Origin: an uncultured Chthonomonas sp.
GTDB taxonomy: Bacteria; Armatimonadota; Chthonomonadetes; Chthonomonadales; Chthonomonadaceae
Assembly (NCBI GenBank): GCA_903859705.1
Contig: CAIONQ010000063.1
Coordinates: forward strand, 55,611-119,610
Direction: 5' to 3'
Length of the DNA: 64,000 nt
In this document: piece after piece, positions 38,389 through 48,070 of the stretch
Layout: every line of letters begins with the position of its first letter
Position numbering within the stretch: the stretch's first letter is position 1
Translations under genes and position numbers: made by a program
The notes under the pieces: model-generated
Seen by the model: the letters and a program-made list of their open reading frames with translations, nothing else
What the model was told of the DNA's origin: nothing
Database searches by the model: none

Positions 38389-38787
38389 ATGAGACGCTGG
38401 CTCTGCCTGATAATCTGTCTGATGATGGTGCTTTCACCACTTTCAGAGTGCCTTAACGCTGCGATGCCTGCCAACAAAGCTGGCCGGATGTCGCACGCGT
38501 TGCAGCGTCAGGTGGTATGCAAATGTGCTACATGCTCTGGCGGCCTCACATGTTGCTGTAAGGGTTCTCATCAACACTCTGGCTTTGAGTTTCTCCCACA
38601 GTGCGGATCGCAGGAAACTGCAAAAGCAGTTGCTGCTTCCTCCTCTACGTTCGCACTGCCACCATCGGTACCCGTAGTGTTCATTCGCTTTGCCGCTTCC
38701 ACAGCGCGCATCGCTTTTCAGTGCGTTCTGCCTTCTGGCAACAGAACCGCTCCCGATCTTCAACCTCCACGTTTCGCCACCGTTTAA
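38389..38787 (+). CDS. Small cysteine-rich secreted hypothetical protein (132 aa)
   Basis: Signal peptide 'MRRWLCLIICLMMVLSPLSEC'. Cys cluster 'CKCATCSGGLTCCCKG'. A consensus promoter lies upstream, but there is no clear ribosome-binding site. Confidence 0.3.
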   Translation: MRRWLCLIICLMMVLSPLSECLNAAMPANKAGRMSHALQRQVVCKCATCSGGLTCCCKGSHQHSGFEFLPQCGSQETAKAVAASSSTFALPPSVPVVFIRFAASTARIAFQCVLPSGNRTAPDLQPPRFATV

Positions 38788-39052
38788 TTCTCCGCATCCC
38801 TAACATGCCCACCTCATTTAGGCGTGGATTGCAGCTACCTGCATCCGCGTAAATCGGTGCATTGTTACGTGCTCACCAGCTCATTTCTTTATGTATTTGC
38901 AAACGGCTGCCCAGTAAGTAATTTGCAGCATCCTCTGTGATGCGCGCTGATTACTATGCTATGGGAATGCCGCTGCTGTACTCCCAACTATTCGAACGCT
39001 GTTACCAGGCGCAGGTCTTCAATGCGCCCGGCAGTGGTATGAAAGGCTGCGA

Positions 39053-39721
39053 ATGAAACGCAACGCATTCACTCTTATTGAACTATTAGTTGTTATAGCA
39101 ATTATAGCTATTCTGGCTGCAATTCTATTTCCTGTTTTTGCACAGGCACGGGAGAAGGCCCGGGGTGCAGCGTGCCAATCCAATACAAAACAACTCGGAA
39201 TCGCCCTGTTGATGTACGCTCAGGATTACGATGAGATGTTTTTTGGATACTATGCGGGCATTGATAGGAAGATGCTTCTGTATCCCTACACAAAATCTGG
39301 GCAGATCAATGCCGATACAAAACGAGATCAGGTGTGGTTCTGCCCTAGTACAAAAAATCCAGATAAAGAGGCGGGATACGGCTTTAATACCTTCCTCAAT
39401 TTTCAGTCGATGGCCGCCTTCGGCACTCCTGCAGAGCGCGTTATGCTATGCGATACGGGCCTGAAAGATACCGCTGCCGGCGTGGTATTAGATTTGCGAA
39501 CGCAGGTAAATGCTCCATCCGTTGTACCATCCGGTAGCCCATCACGCCCTAATCCTCGCCATACAAACGGCCTCATGGTTGGGTTGCTCGATGGCCACGT
39601 TAAGTTTATGAGAATGCAGCGCCCGTTTTATCCCGATACGCCGGATAAGTGGCATGGTAACGGGATTACAGACCCAACCAACCCGGATTATGTGGACCAG
39701 ATGTGGCAGAAGGACAACTGA
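39053..39721 (+). CDS. DUF1559 prepilin-type protein (H-X9-DG), paralog 2
   Basis: '[37 protein letters not shown]' ... '[14 protein letters not shown]'. Confidence 0.85.
   Translation: MKRNAFTLIELLVVIAIIAILAAILFPVFAQAREKARGAACQSNTKQLGIALLMYAQDYDEMFFGYYAGIDRKMLLYPYTKSGQINADTKRDQVWFCPSTKNPDKEAGYGFNTFLNFQSMAAFGTPAERVMLCDTGLKDTAAGVVLDLRTQVNAPSVVPSGSPSRPNPRHTNGLMVGLLDGHVKFMRMQRPFYPDTPDKWHGNGITDPTNPDYVDQMWQKDN
39056..39115 (+). repeat. Dispersed intragenic repeat (DUF1559 5' leader-encoding segment). Copy at 41171..41230 is about 95% identical; more diverged copies are at 36091, 46316, 47178 and 48820 (minus strand).
   Basis: Direct comparison of the two 60-nt segments shows 3 mismatches. The conservation exceeds what coding constraint requires. 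Confidence 0.5.
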
Positions 39722-39725
39722 GAAG

Positions 39726-41171
39726 ATGGCACGGGCAGCAACAATTGGAGCACTGGCGGGCTTCGCCGCACTACTGACCTTTGCGTTTTCTGGTGCGTCG
39801 GCAGATGTTCTTACAGATCTACCGTCGCGAGGAATTCACGCAAAACAACAGACGTCCGGTAGCGACAACGTTAAACCGTTTATGGTAGCACGCCCCGCCG
39901 GCGGCGTCTATCTTGCATGGGCGCACACAGCCGGGGGGCAAACACAAATAGTTTGCTCTCGATCAGCCGATGGTGGCACCTACTCTGCGCCCGTTGTCAT
40001 TAGCACCGCAGGTATGTTTCTGGATCTCGGTGCTGAGAATGCACCTAACCTCGCCACAGATTCGCACGGCGGATTATACGTAGTGTGGACAGCAGGCTCC
40101 GCACCCGCCCCAATAGTGCCCGCTACCAACCATGCACACGAGCATGGCGATGCAGGGGCAACAGGTAAGAAATCTGCAGGGCACCCTCCCCGGCCAGGCA
40201 ATCTTAATATCTGGCTATCCCGCTCTGATGATGATGGCAAAACGTTTTCAGCTCCCATAAGAGTGAACGACGATGCCGATGGAGCCGAACACAGATTCCC
40301 CACCGTCGCAGTGGATCATGAGGGGGCAATATGCGTTGCATGGCTGGATAAACGCAAAAAACAGACTGATGGCAGCGATATGGCCCGAGTCTATTTCGCA
40401 CGTTCCATTGATCGTGGCTCAACTTTCTCAAAGAATATCGATGCCACATCTGGCCAGCCGTATCCTATCTGCCATTGTTGCCGCGTGGCAATCGATCCGG
40501 ATACCACGCACGGAATCACCATCGCTTTTCGAAACGATATCAACGATCTCCGGGACATATTCTTGCTGCATAGTAAAAATGGGGGGCAGGACTTCGAAGC
40601 ACCAGTGGCCATCGAACAAACTCACTGGATCTATCCATCATGCCCCATGGATGGCCCATCAATCGCCACCGATGCAGCCGGTGTTTTGCATGCGGCATGG
40701 ATGACAATGGCTCCCGGAGTGGCAAACCCGCTCTTTGGTACATCCGAAAAAGCCGATTGCAAAATCCTGTACACAACGCGCTCATCAACGGCTCCCACAC
40801 CAGATGCGCCAACATTCCTCGCAGCTGGCCATCATCCGCGCGTTACAGTAACGCCCGCCGGGCAAACTTACATTGCATACCACCAGGGGCAATCGCTTGT
40901 TCTCTGTGCGGTAACGCCGGGGCTCCATGGCAAAATCTCTGCGTTCCAACTTTCCGATGGCAAAGGCACTTCAGGTTACCCCGCAATTGTATCGATGCCG
41001 GATGGCTCCATTCTATGTGCATGGCAGGAGAAGCTGTCCACCGATTCAACCCAGATCTTTACAATTCGTCTCAACTTGAGCCAGGGGGTGGGGAGCACCC
41101 AGGTTACCCAACTGGCTTCTTCAAACCCGCACACAAACAGTACTACTCAAAACAGGAGCACCGCCCGTTGA
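39726..41171 (+). CDS. BNR/Asp-box repeat protein (sialidase-like beta-propeller), secreted
   Basis: Four or more S-x-D-x-G-x-T-(F/W/Y) Asp-boxes ('[10 protein letters not shown]', '[11 protein letters not shown]', 'SIDRGSTFS', 'SKNGGQDFE'). I chose start 39726 after the listed start overlapped the upstream gene. Signal peptide present. Confidence 0.8.
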   Translation: MARAATIGALAGFAALLTFAFSGASADVLTDLPSRGIHAKQQTSGSDNVKPFMVARPAGGVYLAWAHTAGGQTQIVCSRSADGGTYSAPVVISTAGMFLDLGAENAPNLATDSHGGLYVVWTAGSAPAPIVPATNHAHEHGDAGATGKKSAGHPPRPGNLNIWLSRSDDDGKTFSAPIRVNDDADGAEHRFPTVAVDHEGAICVAWLDKRKKQTDGSDMARVYFARSIDRGSTFSKNIDATSGQPYPICHCCRVAIDPDTTHGITIAFRNDINDLRDIFLLHSKNGGQDFEAPVAIEQTHWIYPSCPMDGPSIATDAAGVLHAAWMTMAPGVANPLFGTSEKADCKILYTTRSSTAPTPDAPTFLAAGHHPRVTVTPAGQTYIAYHQGQSLVLCAVTPGLHGKISAFQLSDGKGTSGYPAIVSMPDGSILCAWQEKLSTDSTQIFTIRLNLSQGVGSTQVTQLASSNPHTNSTTQNRSTAR

Positions 41172-41917
41172 AACGCAACGCATTCACTCTTATCGAACTA
41201 CTAGTTGTTATAGCAATTATAGCGATTCTTGCGGCAATCCTGTTCCCCGTCTTTGCTCAAGCACGAGAAAAAGCCAGGAGTGCTTCCTGCCTCTCCAACG
41301 GCAAGCAGATTGGCCTCGCTCTCTTCATGTATGTGCAGGACTATGACGAAACCTATCCCCAGGAACACCCTGGTACAGGCAATCCTGTTGTAGACGATAG
41401 TACGGGCCAACTCGAGGGAATCGACTACGGTTCCCCATTCGATAAGATCCTGCCATATGTCGCCAGCAAAGATAGCAGCAAAACTGCTCTGTTCGTTTGC
41501 CCTTCCGATCCAGATCCACACGGCAAGGCAATCACAGATAGCTCGGGCAACTGCACCAGCAACGGTGCGCCACCACCCGGCCCGCTCAGCAGCTATATGA
41601 TCAATGCGTATTACCTGTTTGGTGCAACACTCGCACAGATCTCAACGCCAGCACAGTCGATCTATGTTGCGGAGCGCCGCAGCGAAGGAAAACCTGCTAC
41701 TGATTTCTGCGATGTCCACTATCATCCGTGGATGGGTGAGATAGAGCTTCCCACCAGCCCAACCGATGTGGTTAACCCTATTTCCCTTTCGGCCTATCGC
41801 CACTCCGGCGGCAGCAACTACATCTACTCAGATGGACACTCTAAATGGCAACGATTTGAAAACACGCGGAAGCCATTCGCAGATCACCCGCTGTTCGGGG
41901 AACATCAGGCCTTTTAA
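41168..41917 (+). CDS. DUF1559 prepilin-type protein (H-X9-DG), paralog 3
   Basis: A TTG start overlaps the BNR stop (TTGA). '[37 protein letters not shown]' ... '[14 protein letters not shown]'. AGGAG lies 9 nt upstream. Confidence 0.8.
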   Translation: MKRNAFTLIELLVVIAIIAILAAILFPVFAQAREKARSASCLSNGKQIGLALFMYVQDYDETYPQEHPGTGNPVVDDSTGQLEGIDYGSPFDKILPYVASKDSSKTALFVCPSDPDPHGKAITDSSGNCTSNGAPPPGPLSSYMINAYYLFGATLAQISTPAQSIYVAERRSEGKPATDFCDVHYHPWMGEIELPTSPTDVVNPISLSAYRHSGGSNYIYSDGHSKWQRFENTRKPFADHPLFGEHQAF

Positions 41918-41984
41918 AAATGTTTGAGTAACGGCACATTTTGCCGTTCACGTGTACAAAGAAACAGTCAAAGGAGAACCTACC

Positions 41985-42275
41985 ATGGCTCGCTCGTTCA
42001 ATCTCCGTTTCGCAGCGGCAGCAGTACTTTGCGTCCTTGCACTTGGGAGCATCGCTCCTGCCTACGCGCAGGATAAGATGTCCGATAGCAAGATGTCAGA
42101 CTCTAAAATGAGCTCTGGTAAGAGCGCAAAGAAAGAACCAAAAGTGCTTGCATGCCAGCACTGCAAGTCCAAATACACTCTGGCAGAAGCCAAAAAACAT
42201 GGCAACAAGTGCTGCGGCAAGGCACTTGTGAAGATCAAGCCCCCTGCCAAGAAGGACGCAGCCAAAAAGGGTTGA
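41985..42275 (+). CDS. Small secreted lysine-rich protein with KMSDS tandem repeats and a Cys motif (96 aa)
   Basis: AAGGAG ribosome-binding site. Signal peptide 'MARSFNLRFAAAAVLCVLALGSIAPAYA'. Repeats 'DKMSDSKMSDSKMSSGK'. 'CQHCKSK...KCCGK'. Confidence 0.5.
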   Translation: MARSFNLRFAAAAVLCVLALGSIAPAYAQDKMSDSKMSDSKMSSGKSAKKEPKVLACQHCKSKYTLAEAKKHGNKCCGKALVKIKPPAKKDAAKKG

Positions 42276-42387
42276 TAAATCCCTACAATTTGCGGGGCAG
42301 CTCACAACCATCTGCCCCTCTAACAATCTCCTACTTGTCTGGGGCCCGGCACAACGGGCGCTATTCATCTTATGGGCTGTACCAATT

Positions 42388-42927
42388 ATGAACCGATATC
42401 GATATCTTGCGGTGCTCGCAGGCATCATGTTCATACTTCCTGCGCGCGCTTCCGATAATCTGGCAACTCTCAATAAAGTGCCAGCCATCAGCTCCAACCA
42501 ATTAACAAAAGCGCTCGAAAAGCGCCACGGGCACGTCGTAGCACTCCACGTATGGGCGGCGTGCTGCGAAAACTGCCGCGGAACCTACCTCGGGTTAGGA
42601 TCCCTCCAGCGAAATTACCCTCGAGATGGCGTTGAAGTTATTTCAATCCTGGTAGATCTGCCAACAAAGCGGGCCGATGCAAATAAGTGGATCAAACGCA
42701 ATCCACCACCCGTGCTGCTCTGGCGCAAAGATACTTCCGATCCAGATATATTTGCAGAAGCCATCAATTCCGATTGGCATGGCAAACTGCCGTTTACCCA
42801 GATTTATTCTACCGATGGTACTGCCGCCGCCTTGATAGAAGGGCCGCACAGCATTAAGGCAATCAAACAGAAAATTGACCAATGTCTGCAAGAGAGTGCC
42901 CGGCAGAGCCAGCTTAACAATCAGTAA
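42388..42927 (+). CDS. Secreted thioredoxin-fold/redoxin-like protein (TlpA/AhpC-TSA-like)
   Basis: Signal peptide. 'LHVWAACCENCRG' CxxC-type motif in a thioredoxin-like context. Confidence 0.55.
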   Translation: MNRYRYLAVLAGIMFILPARASDNLATLNKVPAISSNQLTKALEKRHGHVVALHVWAACCENCRGTYLGLGSLQRNYPRDGVEVISILVDLPTKRADANKWIKRNPPPVLLWRKDTSDPDIFAEAINSDWHGKLPFTQIYSTDGTAAALIEGPHSIKAIKQKIDQCLQESARQSQLNNQ

Positions 42928-42988
42928 CTGCCGGATTGTCACCGCATGCAGCGCTAAGTGCAACATCACGAATACCGAAAGGACCATA

Positions 42989-43726
42989 ATGGCCACAAAT
43001 AACGACAACGGCATTGAGCGCCGAACCCTGTTTACTGCCGCAGCAGTAGGGGCTGCGGCCGCAGTTACCGCCTCGTTTACTGGTGGGGCATTCGCTCAAG
43101 GCGCACCCACCATTGCTGCAATTCCTCTGCCAGAGAAACTCTTCAATACAGCAAAAGCCGGCATCAGCCGCAAAACCCACGAGGAGCACTACGAACTCTA
43201 TAAGGGCTATGTGACCAAGGTAAATGAGATTCGGACGAAACTTACTGCACTTACCCCCGCCGATCTGGGCAAGGCTAATGCCAGCTTCAGCGACCTGCGT
43301 GAGCTCAAAACAGAGTACACCTTTGCCCTGGGTGGAGTAAGAAACCATGAACTTTACTTCCGCCACCTCGGCGGTACCGGTGGCGATCCAGAGGGAGCAG
43401 TTGCTGCTGCCATCAAGGCATCTTTCGGTTCAGTAGAGGCATGGAAGGCAGATTTCAAAGCAACAGCACTGGCAGCCAGAGGCTGGGTGTGGCTTGCTCT
43501 GGATAGGGAAGATGGCAAGCTGTTTAACTACATTGGGGATAGCCAGAACACGTACCCCGTGTGGAATGCAGTTCCCGTCCTCGCAATCGATATGTACGAG
43601 CATGCCTTCTATCTGGATTTCGGGCGCGCAAAGGCTAAGTACATCGATGCGTACTTCAGCGTAATCGATTGGGATGCAGTAAACGCCAACCTCAAGGCCG
43701 CCGTAACCGCCGCAAAAGGCGCGTGA
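42989..43726 (+). CDS. sodA: Fe/Mn superoxide dismutase with a Tat signal peptide
   Basis: Tat motif 'ERRTLFTAAAVGAAAAV'. SOD signatures 'HEEHYELYKGYV' and 'DMYEHAFYLDF...WDAVNANL'. Confidence 0.85.
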   Translation: MATNNDNGIERRTLFTAAAVGAAAAVTASFTGGAFAQGAPTIAAIPLPEKLFNTAKAGISRKTHEEHYELYKGYVTKVNEIRTKLTALTPADLGKANASFSDLRELKTEYTFALGGVRNHELYFRHLGGTGGDPEGAVAAAIKASFGSVEAWKADFKATALAARGWVWLALDREDGKLFNYIGDSQNTYPVWNAVPVLAIDMYEHAFYLDFGRAKAKYIDAYFSVIDWDAVNANLKAAVTAAKGA

Positions 43727-43791
43727 CGAAATCAGAGCCCGCCGTTGCGTTGCAAAATTCTGCGCATTGGGGGGCTCTGTTACAGCAATTG

Positions 43792-44472
43792 TCAGGCCTT
43801 GAACCGGTCAATCTTTGTACCTGCGGCCGAAAGTGCCTTTTCAAGCAAATCAAGCTTCTTGGCACTCCATCCAGCCTTAAGGTCAATTGCCACGCGTTTG
43901 CCACCATCTACAACGGTGATTGAGGTGCTGCCAATCTGTTTTGCTACCGTTGCAGTAACTTCCGGGGTGATGTTCTCTCCACCGGTAACTGGCAGTAAAA
44001 CACTCTTCATATCGATAGTGATGCGCTTAATGCCCGCCTCGGGTTTACCGCTATCGATAAACTCTGGTGATAGGCACACACCCAGTGGGAGCCCTTTAAG
44101 CATGTTCTGCCAGGAAGAATCCTTAACGGCATCGCCAACAATGCATCCTGCATTGGTGTCGCACCCACATTGGCTCTTCTTCGGGGTAACGGCCGCCTTA
44201 AACTCAAGAACCCAGAAGCAATCCTGGCAAATGCCCTTGAATAGCGATTCGTCGGTAACCAGTGTGTTAACTGGAGTAGCAGTGCCACTGAGTATAAGGG
44301 ATAGTTTACCATCGGAACCAGCTGGGCTCCACAGGCTGCCCTTAATCAGGTTTTTCTTAGGTGTAGTGTCATCTGCAAGCGCAGCCAGCGGGGCTGCCAT
44401 AAGCACGGCGCCCACGGTGCGCAGCATTTCACGGCGGGTGAAGATGAGTGAGGATTTGAAATCTGTGTTCAT
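43792..44472 (-). CDS. Tat-secreted hypothetical protein
   Basis: I chose the internal start MNTDFKSS. Tat motif 'FTRREMLRTVGAVLMAAPLAALA'. Divergent from the LysR regulator gene. Confidence 0.5.
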   Translation of the reverse strand: MNTDFKSSLIFTRREMLRTVGAVLMAAPLAALADDTTPKKNLIKGSLWSPAGSDGKLSLILSGTATPVNTLVTDESLFKGICQDCFWVLEFKAAVTPKKSQCGCDTNAGCIVGDAVKDSSWQNMLKGLPLGVCLSPEFIDSGKPEAGIKRITIDMKSVLLPVTGGENITPEVTATVAKQIGSTSITVVDGGKRVAIDLKAGWSAKKLDLLEKALSAAGTKIDRFKA

Positions 44473-44590
44473 GGCCAGTTCCAGTTCATTAAGAGTGCCA
44501 AGCCGTAAAATCTCGGCTGCAATCGGGATGAGAGTGTTCGGATTGGAGCTTACTCCTACCGTCAATTACAGGATAACCCCGGACCCAGCG

Positions 44591-44613
44591 ATTGTAAAAT
44601 ACGCGTTTTCAAT
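44591..44613. promoter_or_regulatory. Dyad-symmetric putative LysR-type operator (ATTGTAAAA-tacgcg-TTTTCAAT) in the divergent promoter region
   Basis: Imperfect palindrome 27 nt upstream of the LysR gene start, in the intergenic region shared with the divergent Tat-secreted gene. Confidence 0.3.
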
Positions 44614-44639
44614 GGCCTCATAAGCGGAGTGAATGACAC

Positions 44640-45572
44640 ATGAACCCACTCGATCTTACAACTTTGCAGCTGTTCTGTGATATCGTAGAAACAGGCTCAG
44701 TATCAAGAACTGCGGAACGAAATTTCATTTCTCAACCAGCTGCCAGCCAACGTTTGCAGGCACTTGAGCGCGAGTATAAGCAGCAGCTTCTGAATAGGGG
44801 ACATGGCAAGGATCCTGTAACGCCTACTGAGGCCGGCAAAGTGCTCTACGGCCGCGCACTGGCCCTGCTGAACGATGCTCGTGAACTGGATGCCGTGTTG
44901 CGGGGAAATGCAGATGGTATTTCAGGCATAGTTCGCGTGGCAGCCGTTTACTCGCTTGGGCTGCACATGCTTCCTGGCCGGTTCAAAAAGTTTATCGAGA
45001 AACACCCGGATGCACGCCCACACATTCAGTATTGCCACACTGAGGAGGTGTTGCGCCATGTGCAGGATGGCGATGCAGATGTTGGAGTGGTTGCCATTGC
45101 CGGCGATGTGCCGGGCATCAAACAATACGCCTTTGCTTCAGAAGAAATGATACTTATCTGTTCGGCTAACCACCCTATGGCTGCAATGCAGGAAGTGTCA
45201 CTTGGCGATCTCCACAATCAGCTATTTGTGGCCTTTGGACCTTCATCACCCACAAGGAGCCTCATAGATCGGCACTTAAATAGCGCCGGTGTTACAGTTC
45301 GCCTGGCTGGGGAATACGATAATGTGGAAACCATCAAGAGCGTAGTGGAGGTTTCGGGCGCGGTATCTATCGTGCCAGATGGATTGGCACCCAACTACCT
45401 TGCCGATGGCAGTATTGTGGTGGTTCGGCTTTCAGAAACAGACAGGTTTGTCCGCGAATCCGCACTAATTGTGCGAAGCGACAAAACACAGCCTGCAATC
45501 GTGCAGGCTTTCATCCGCGGCGTACGAGGCAAGCCCGAGCAGCGCACTACATTGCCTGTACTGCCGCAATAG
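44640..45572 (+). CDS. LysR-family transcriptional regulator
   Basis: N-terminal HTH 'LQLFCDIVETGSVSRTAERNFISQPAASQRLQALE'. LysR substrate-binding domain. 310 aa. Confidence 0.88.
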   Translation: MNPLDLTTLQLFCDIVETGSVSRTAERNFISQPAASQRLQALEREYKQQLLNRGHGKDPVTPTEAGKVLYGRALALLNDARELDAVLRGNADGISGIVRVAAVYSLGLHMLPGRFKKFIEKHPDARPHIQYCHTEEVLRHVQDGDADVGVVAIAGDVPGIKQYAFASEEMILICSANHPMAAMQEVSLGDLHNQLFVAFGPSSPTRSLIDRHLNSAGVTVRLAGEYDNVETIKSVVEVSGAVSIVPDGLAPNYLADGSIVVVRLSETDRFVRESALIVRSDKTQPAIVQAFIRGVRGKPEQRTTLPVLPQ

Positions 45573-45648
45573 AAAAGGGTGCTCCCAGTTGCGATAGCAT
45601 GCTCCACGGTGCTGATATCGCGGCTCACCAAGGGATTAGGATTGGAAA

Positions 45649-46038
45649 ATGGTAACTATGAAACTCAAATCGATCGGTGCGGCTATGTTGGCCGCCGCAG
45701 CTCTCTTCGGATGCACAACCTTTGCATCTGCACAGGCCAAAACACAGGCCAAAACGCAGACAAAAGCGGAGTGCAAACCTTCTGCACCAGGCAAGCACGA
45801 TGACTGTGCCGTGCCCTACACCATCAAAGTGTCTGGGCTGGATTGCGAAGGATGCATGGAAACCATTAAAACGGGCCTCACAAAGGTAACCGGCGTAGAG
45901 GAAGTGAAAACCAACTTCAAATCCAAGTCTGTCACGGTGTGGATCTGCCCGCATAAGAACGTCAAGCAGTCGTCTCTTACCGCTGCAATTAAGAAATCTG
46001 GCTTCAAAGTCAAGAGCATCCGTCAGGGCAAAGCCTGA
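45649..46038 (+). CDS. Secreted heavy-metal-associated (HMA) domain protein
   Basis: Signal peptide. 'GLDCEGCMETIKTGL' CxxC metal-binding motif. Confidence 0.7.
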   Translation: MVTMKLKSIGAAMLAAAALFGCTTFASAQAKTQAKTQTKAECKPSAPGKHDDCAVPYTIKVSGLDCEGCMETIKTGLTKVTGVEEVKTNFKSKSVTVWICPHKNVKQSSLTAAIKKSGFKVKSIRQGKA

Positions 46039-46297
46039 TAGGGTATTCTTAGAGTATTCTAAGTAAATAAGTGCCGCCGAACCAGGATGTACCCGGGAAA
46101 GGCGGCACCCTTAACAGCGCTGGATCTTTTCCTGTAATCCAGGAAGAGTTCTGAGTAATATGCCAGGTGTACCTAACACGTTGGCTAATCACGGTGGTCG
46201 TTGAGCTGCTTGAATGATTCAACTGGATCGAGGCTTCACGGCTGGCTGAACTCCAATAGCCGCGAAGCTCATGTAACCGAAAGGAAACATCGGATCG

Positions 46298-47095
46298 ATG
46301 ACACGGTTCCGACCGCGCGCCGCATTCACACTCATTGAATTGCTAGTAGTCATAGCAATTATAGCCATTCTTGCTGCTATTCTCTTCCCTGTATTCGCTC
46401 AGGCTCGAGAAAAGGCACGGGCAGTATCCTGCCTCTCCAATATGAAGCAAATTGGCACCGCCGAGCAGATGTATGTTCAGGATTATGACGAGAAGAGCTT
46501 TTATCGTGCCAGCGCTACCGCCCCATCTCCATGGCGAAGCGGCGCCGTAATAACCGATGCCAACCAGCGAGCTCAGGCGTCCTGGTGGAACCTCTTGATG
46601 CCTTACATCAAAAATGGCCAGGTATTTACCTGCCCATCCGATGCCGGGCCAACACTCAGCAAAGATCTCAATCTGGCACTCACTATCAAGCGCTCCTATA
46701 TGGCGCTCGCCACTGCCGAATCCCTGGCATTGGCACAGGTAGATTACCCAACCGATACTATGGTAATCACTGAAAAGTGGGATAAAGATTACAGCGGAGT
46801 TCGCACCGATAGCTGGATAGAGCCGTTTAACGGCGACTTCAGCCCGGATTCTCATGTTCCTGAGCGAATGTGGACCGCGGGCAACAGGCATCAGGGACGT
46901 GTATCTGCTACCTTTCTGGATGGGCACGCAAAGGCATTGAGCCCGGGCCAGATCCTTACCAGTAAGTACATTTCAGGCTGTTATCTGGTGTACGCCTATC
47001 CTTCAACAAACATGGGTATCACAAACCCCTCCACAGCGCCCGGGCAGCCCAATATCTGCGATCCAGCAAGCTTCCCACACTTTAGCTACCCATAA
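46298..47095 (+). CDS. DUF1559 prepilin-type protein (H-X9-DG), paralog 4
   Basis: '[33 protein letters not shown]' ... '[14 protein letters not shown]'. Confidence 0.85.
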   Translation: MTRFRPRAAFTLIELLVVIAIIAILAAILFPVFAQAREKARAVSCLSNMKQIGTAEQMYVQDYDEKSFYRASATAPSPWRSGAVITDANQRAQASWWNLLMPYIKNGQVFTCPSDAGPTLSKDLNLALTIKRSYMALATAESLALAQVDYPTDTMVITEKWDKDYSGVRTDSWIEPFNGDFSPDSHVPERMWTAGNRHQGRVSATFLDGHAKALSPGQILTSKYISGCYLVYAYPSTNMGITNPSTAPGQPNICDPASFPHFSYP

Positions 47096-47159
47096 ATATG
47101 TACACGTGAGCGCAGGCCCGAAATAGGGCTGCGCTCACGCTGCGCACAGGAATACACGA

Positions 47160-48068
47160 GTGAAGTTATCTGCCCGTTGTTATGGGTTTACCCTTATCGA
47201 GCTTCTCGTCGTAATCGCAATCATATCGATACTTGCGGCCATTCTGTTCCCTATTTTTGCACAAGCGCGCGAAAAGGCTCGGCAGACATCCTGCTTGTCT
47301 AACGAGAGGCAGTTGGCAACCGCTGCCAAGATGTACATGGATGATTTTGATGGCGCACTCTATCACCATCACGAAGAATATGTGCTGGATGATGGCACAC
47401 AAACGCCCACGCTTCCCTCTTTTCCAGCAGGCTGTATCGGGGGAGGGCACGGCAATTCCAACGCAGAAAAACCCTGGGCTATCTTCTTTCAACCCTATAT
47501 TAAGAACCGCCAGCTTATGTTCTGTATCTCAGATACCGCGCCAAAATCAACCATGCAGGCAGCCAATATTCAAGCCTACAATGGTGGCATTACCGAACTG
47601 GGCCAGGAGTGCACCGCAGCGCCAAATGGGGAGCAGTGCCTTGCAGAAAAGGGCAATCTGGCGATGTGGAGTTACCTGTTGAACTCCATTTTCACCCACA
47701 AGTCTTGCCGTTATGCCACTGAAGGAGTTCTGCCGGGGTTCGCTACAGAGGCAGCGCTAAATAGCCTTCCGGATGAGAACATAATTATGTTCTCAGAACG
47801 CAACTCTGTGGGGTTGGATGATCCTACTTCCGCCTTTTACTACGTTCCGCAAGATGATTACGATACGTGGCCCGGAGAATCTGCCCTGGTGCGCTGGGGA
47901 AGTGGATCAAGGCCAAACGAAGGTTGGATTAAGTATGACAGGCACAGCGCGGGTGCCAACTACATCTATTATGATGGCCATGTAAAATTCTTGCGGTGGG
48001 GTAAAGCGCGGATCGACCAGTATCCGGACCACATAGTTCGGTTTCCACTGGCCAATCCGCCACAATAA
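47160..48068 (+). CDS. DUF1559 prepilin-type protein (H-X9-DG), paralog 5
   Basis: '[33 protein letters not shown]' ... '[14 protein letters not shown]'. GTG start. Confidence 0.85.
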   Translation: MKLSARCYGFTLIELLVVIAIISILAAILFPIFAQAREKARQTSCLSNERQLATAAKMYMDDFDGALYHHHEEYVLDDGTQTPTLPSFPAGCIGGGHGNSNAEKPWAIFFQPYIKNRQLMFCISDTAPKSTMQAANIQAYNGGITELGQECTAAPNGEQCLAEKGNLAMWSYLLNSIFTHKSCRYATEGVLPGFATEAALNSLPDENIIMFSERNSVGLDDPTSAFYYVPQDDYDTWPGESALVRWGSGSRPNEGWIKYDRHSAGANYIYYDGHVKFLRWGKARIDQYPDHIVRFPLANPPQ

Positions 48069-48070
48069 AC

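Noticed and set aside
40640-41167. A 176-codon 5' extension of DUF1559 paralog 3 in the ORF track
   Set aside because: The extension overlaps the BNR gene in another frame and lacks the conserved prepilin leader. A TTG at 41168 with AGGAG upstream reproduces the family's canonical N-terminus.
42062-42140. Short tandem repeat 'gataagatgtccgatagcaagatgtcagactctaaaatgagc' as a possible CRISPR/VNTR
   Set aside because: It lies inside the small Lys-rich secreted protein gene and encodes KMSDS peptide repeats. There is no repeat-spacer architecture. No CRISPR array was seen anywhere in the window.
43745-44623. 292-aa plus-strand ORF
   Set aside because: It is antisense to the Tat-secreted protein gene and would overlap the LysR promoter region. 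It has a Ser/Ala-rich low-complexity translation.
46343-46927. 194-aa minus-strand ORF
   Set aside because: It is antisense to DUF1559 paralog 4.
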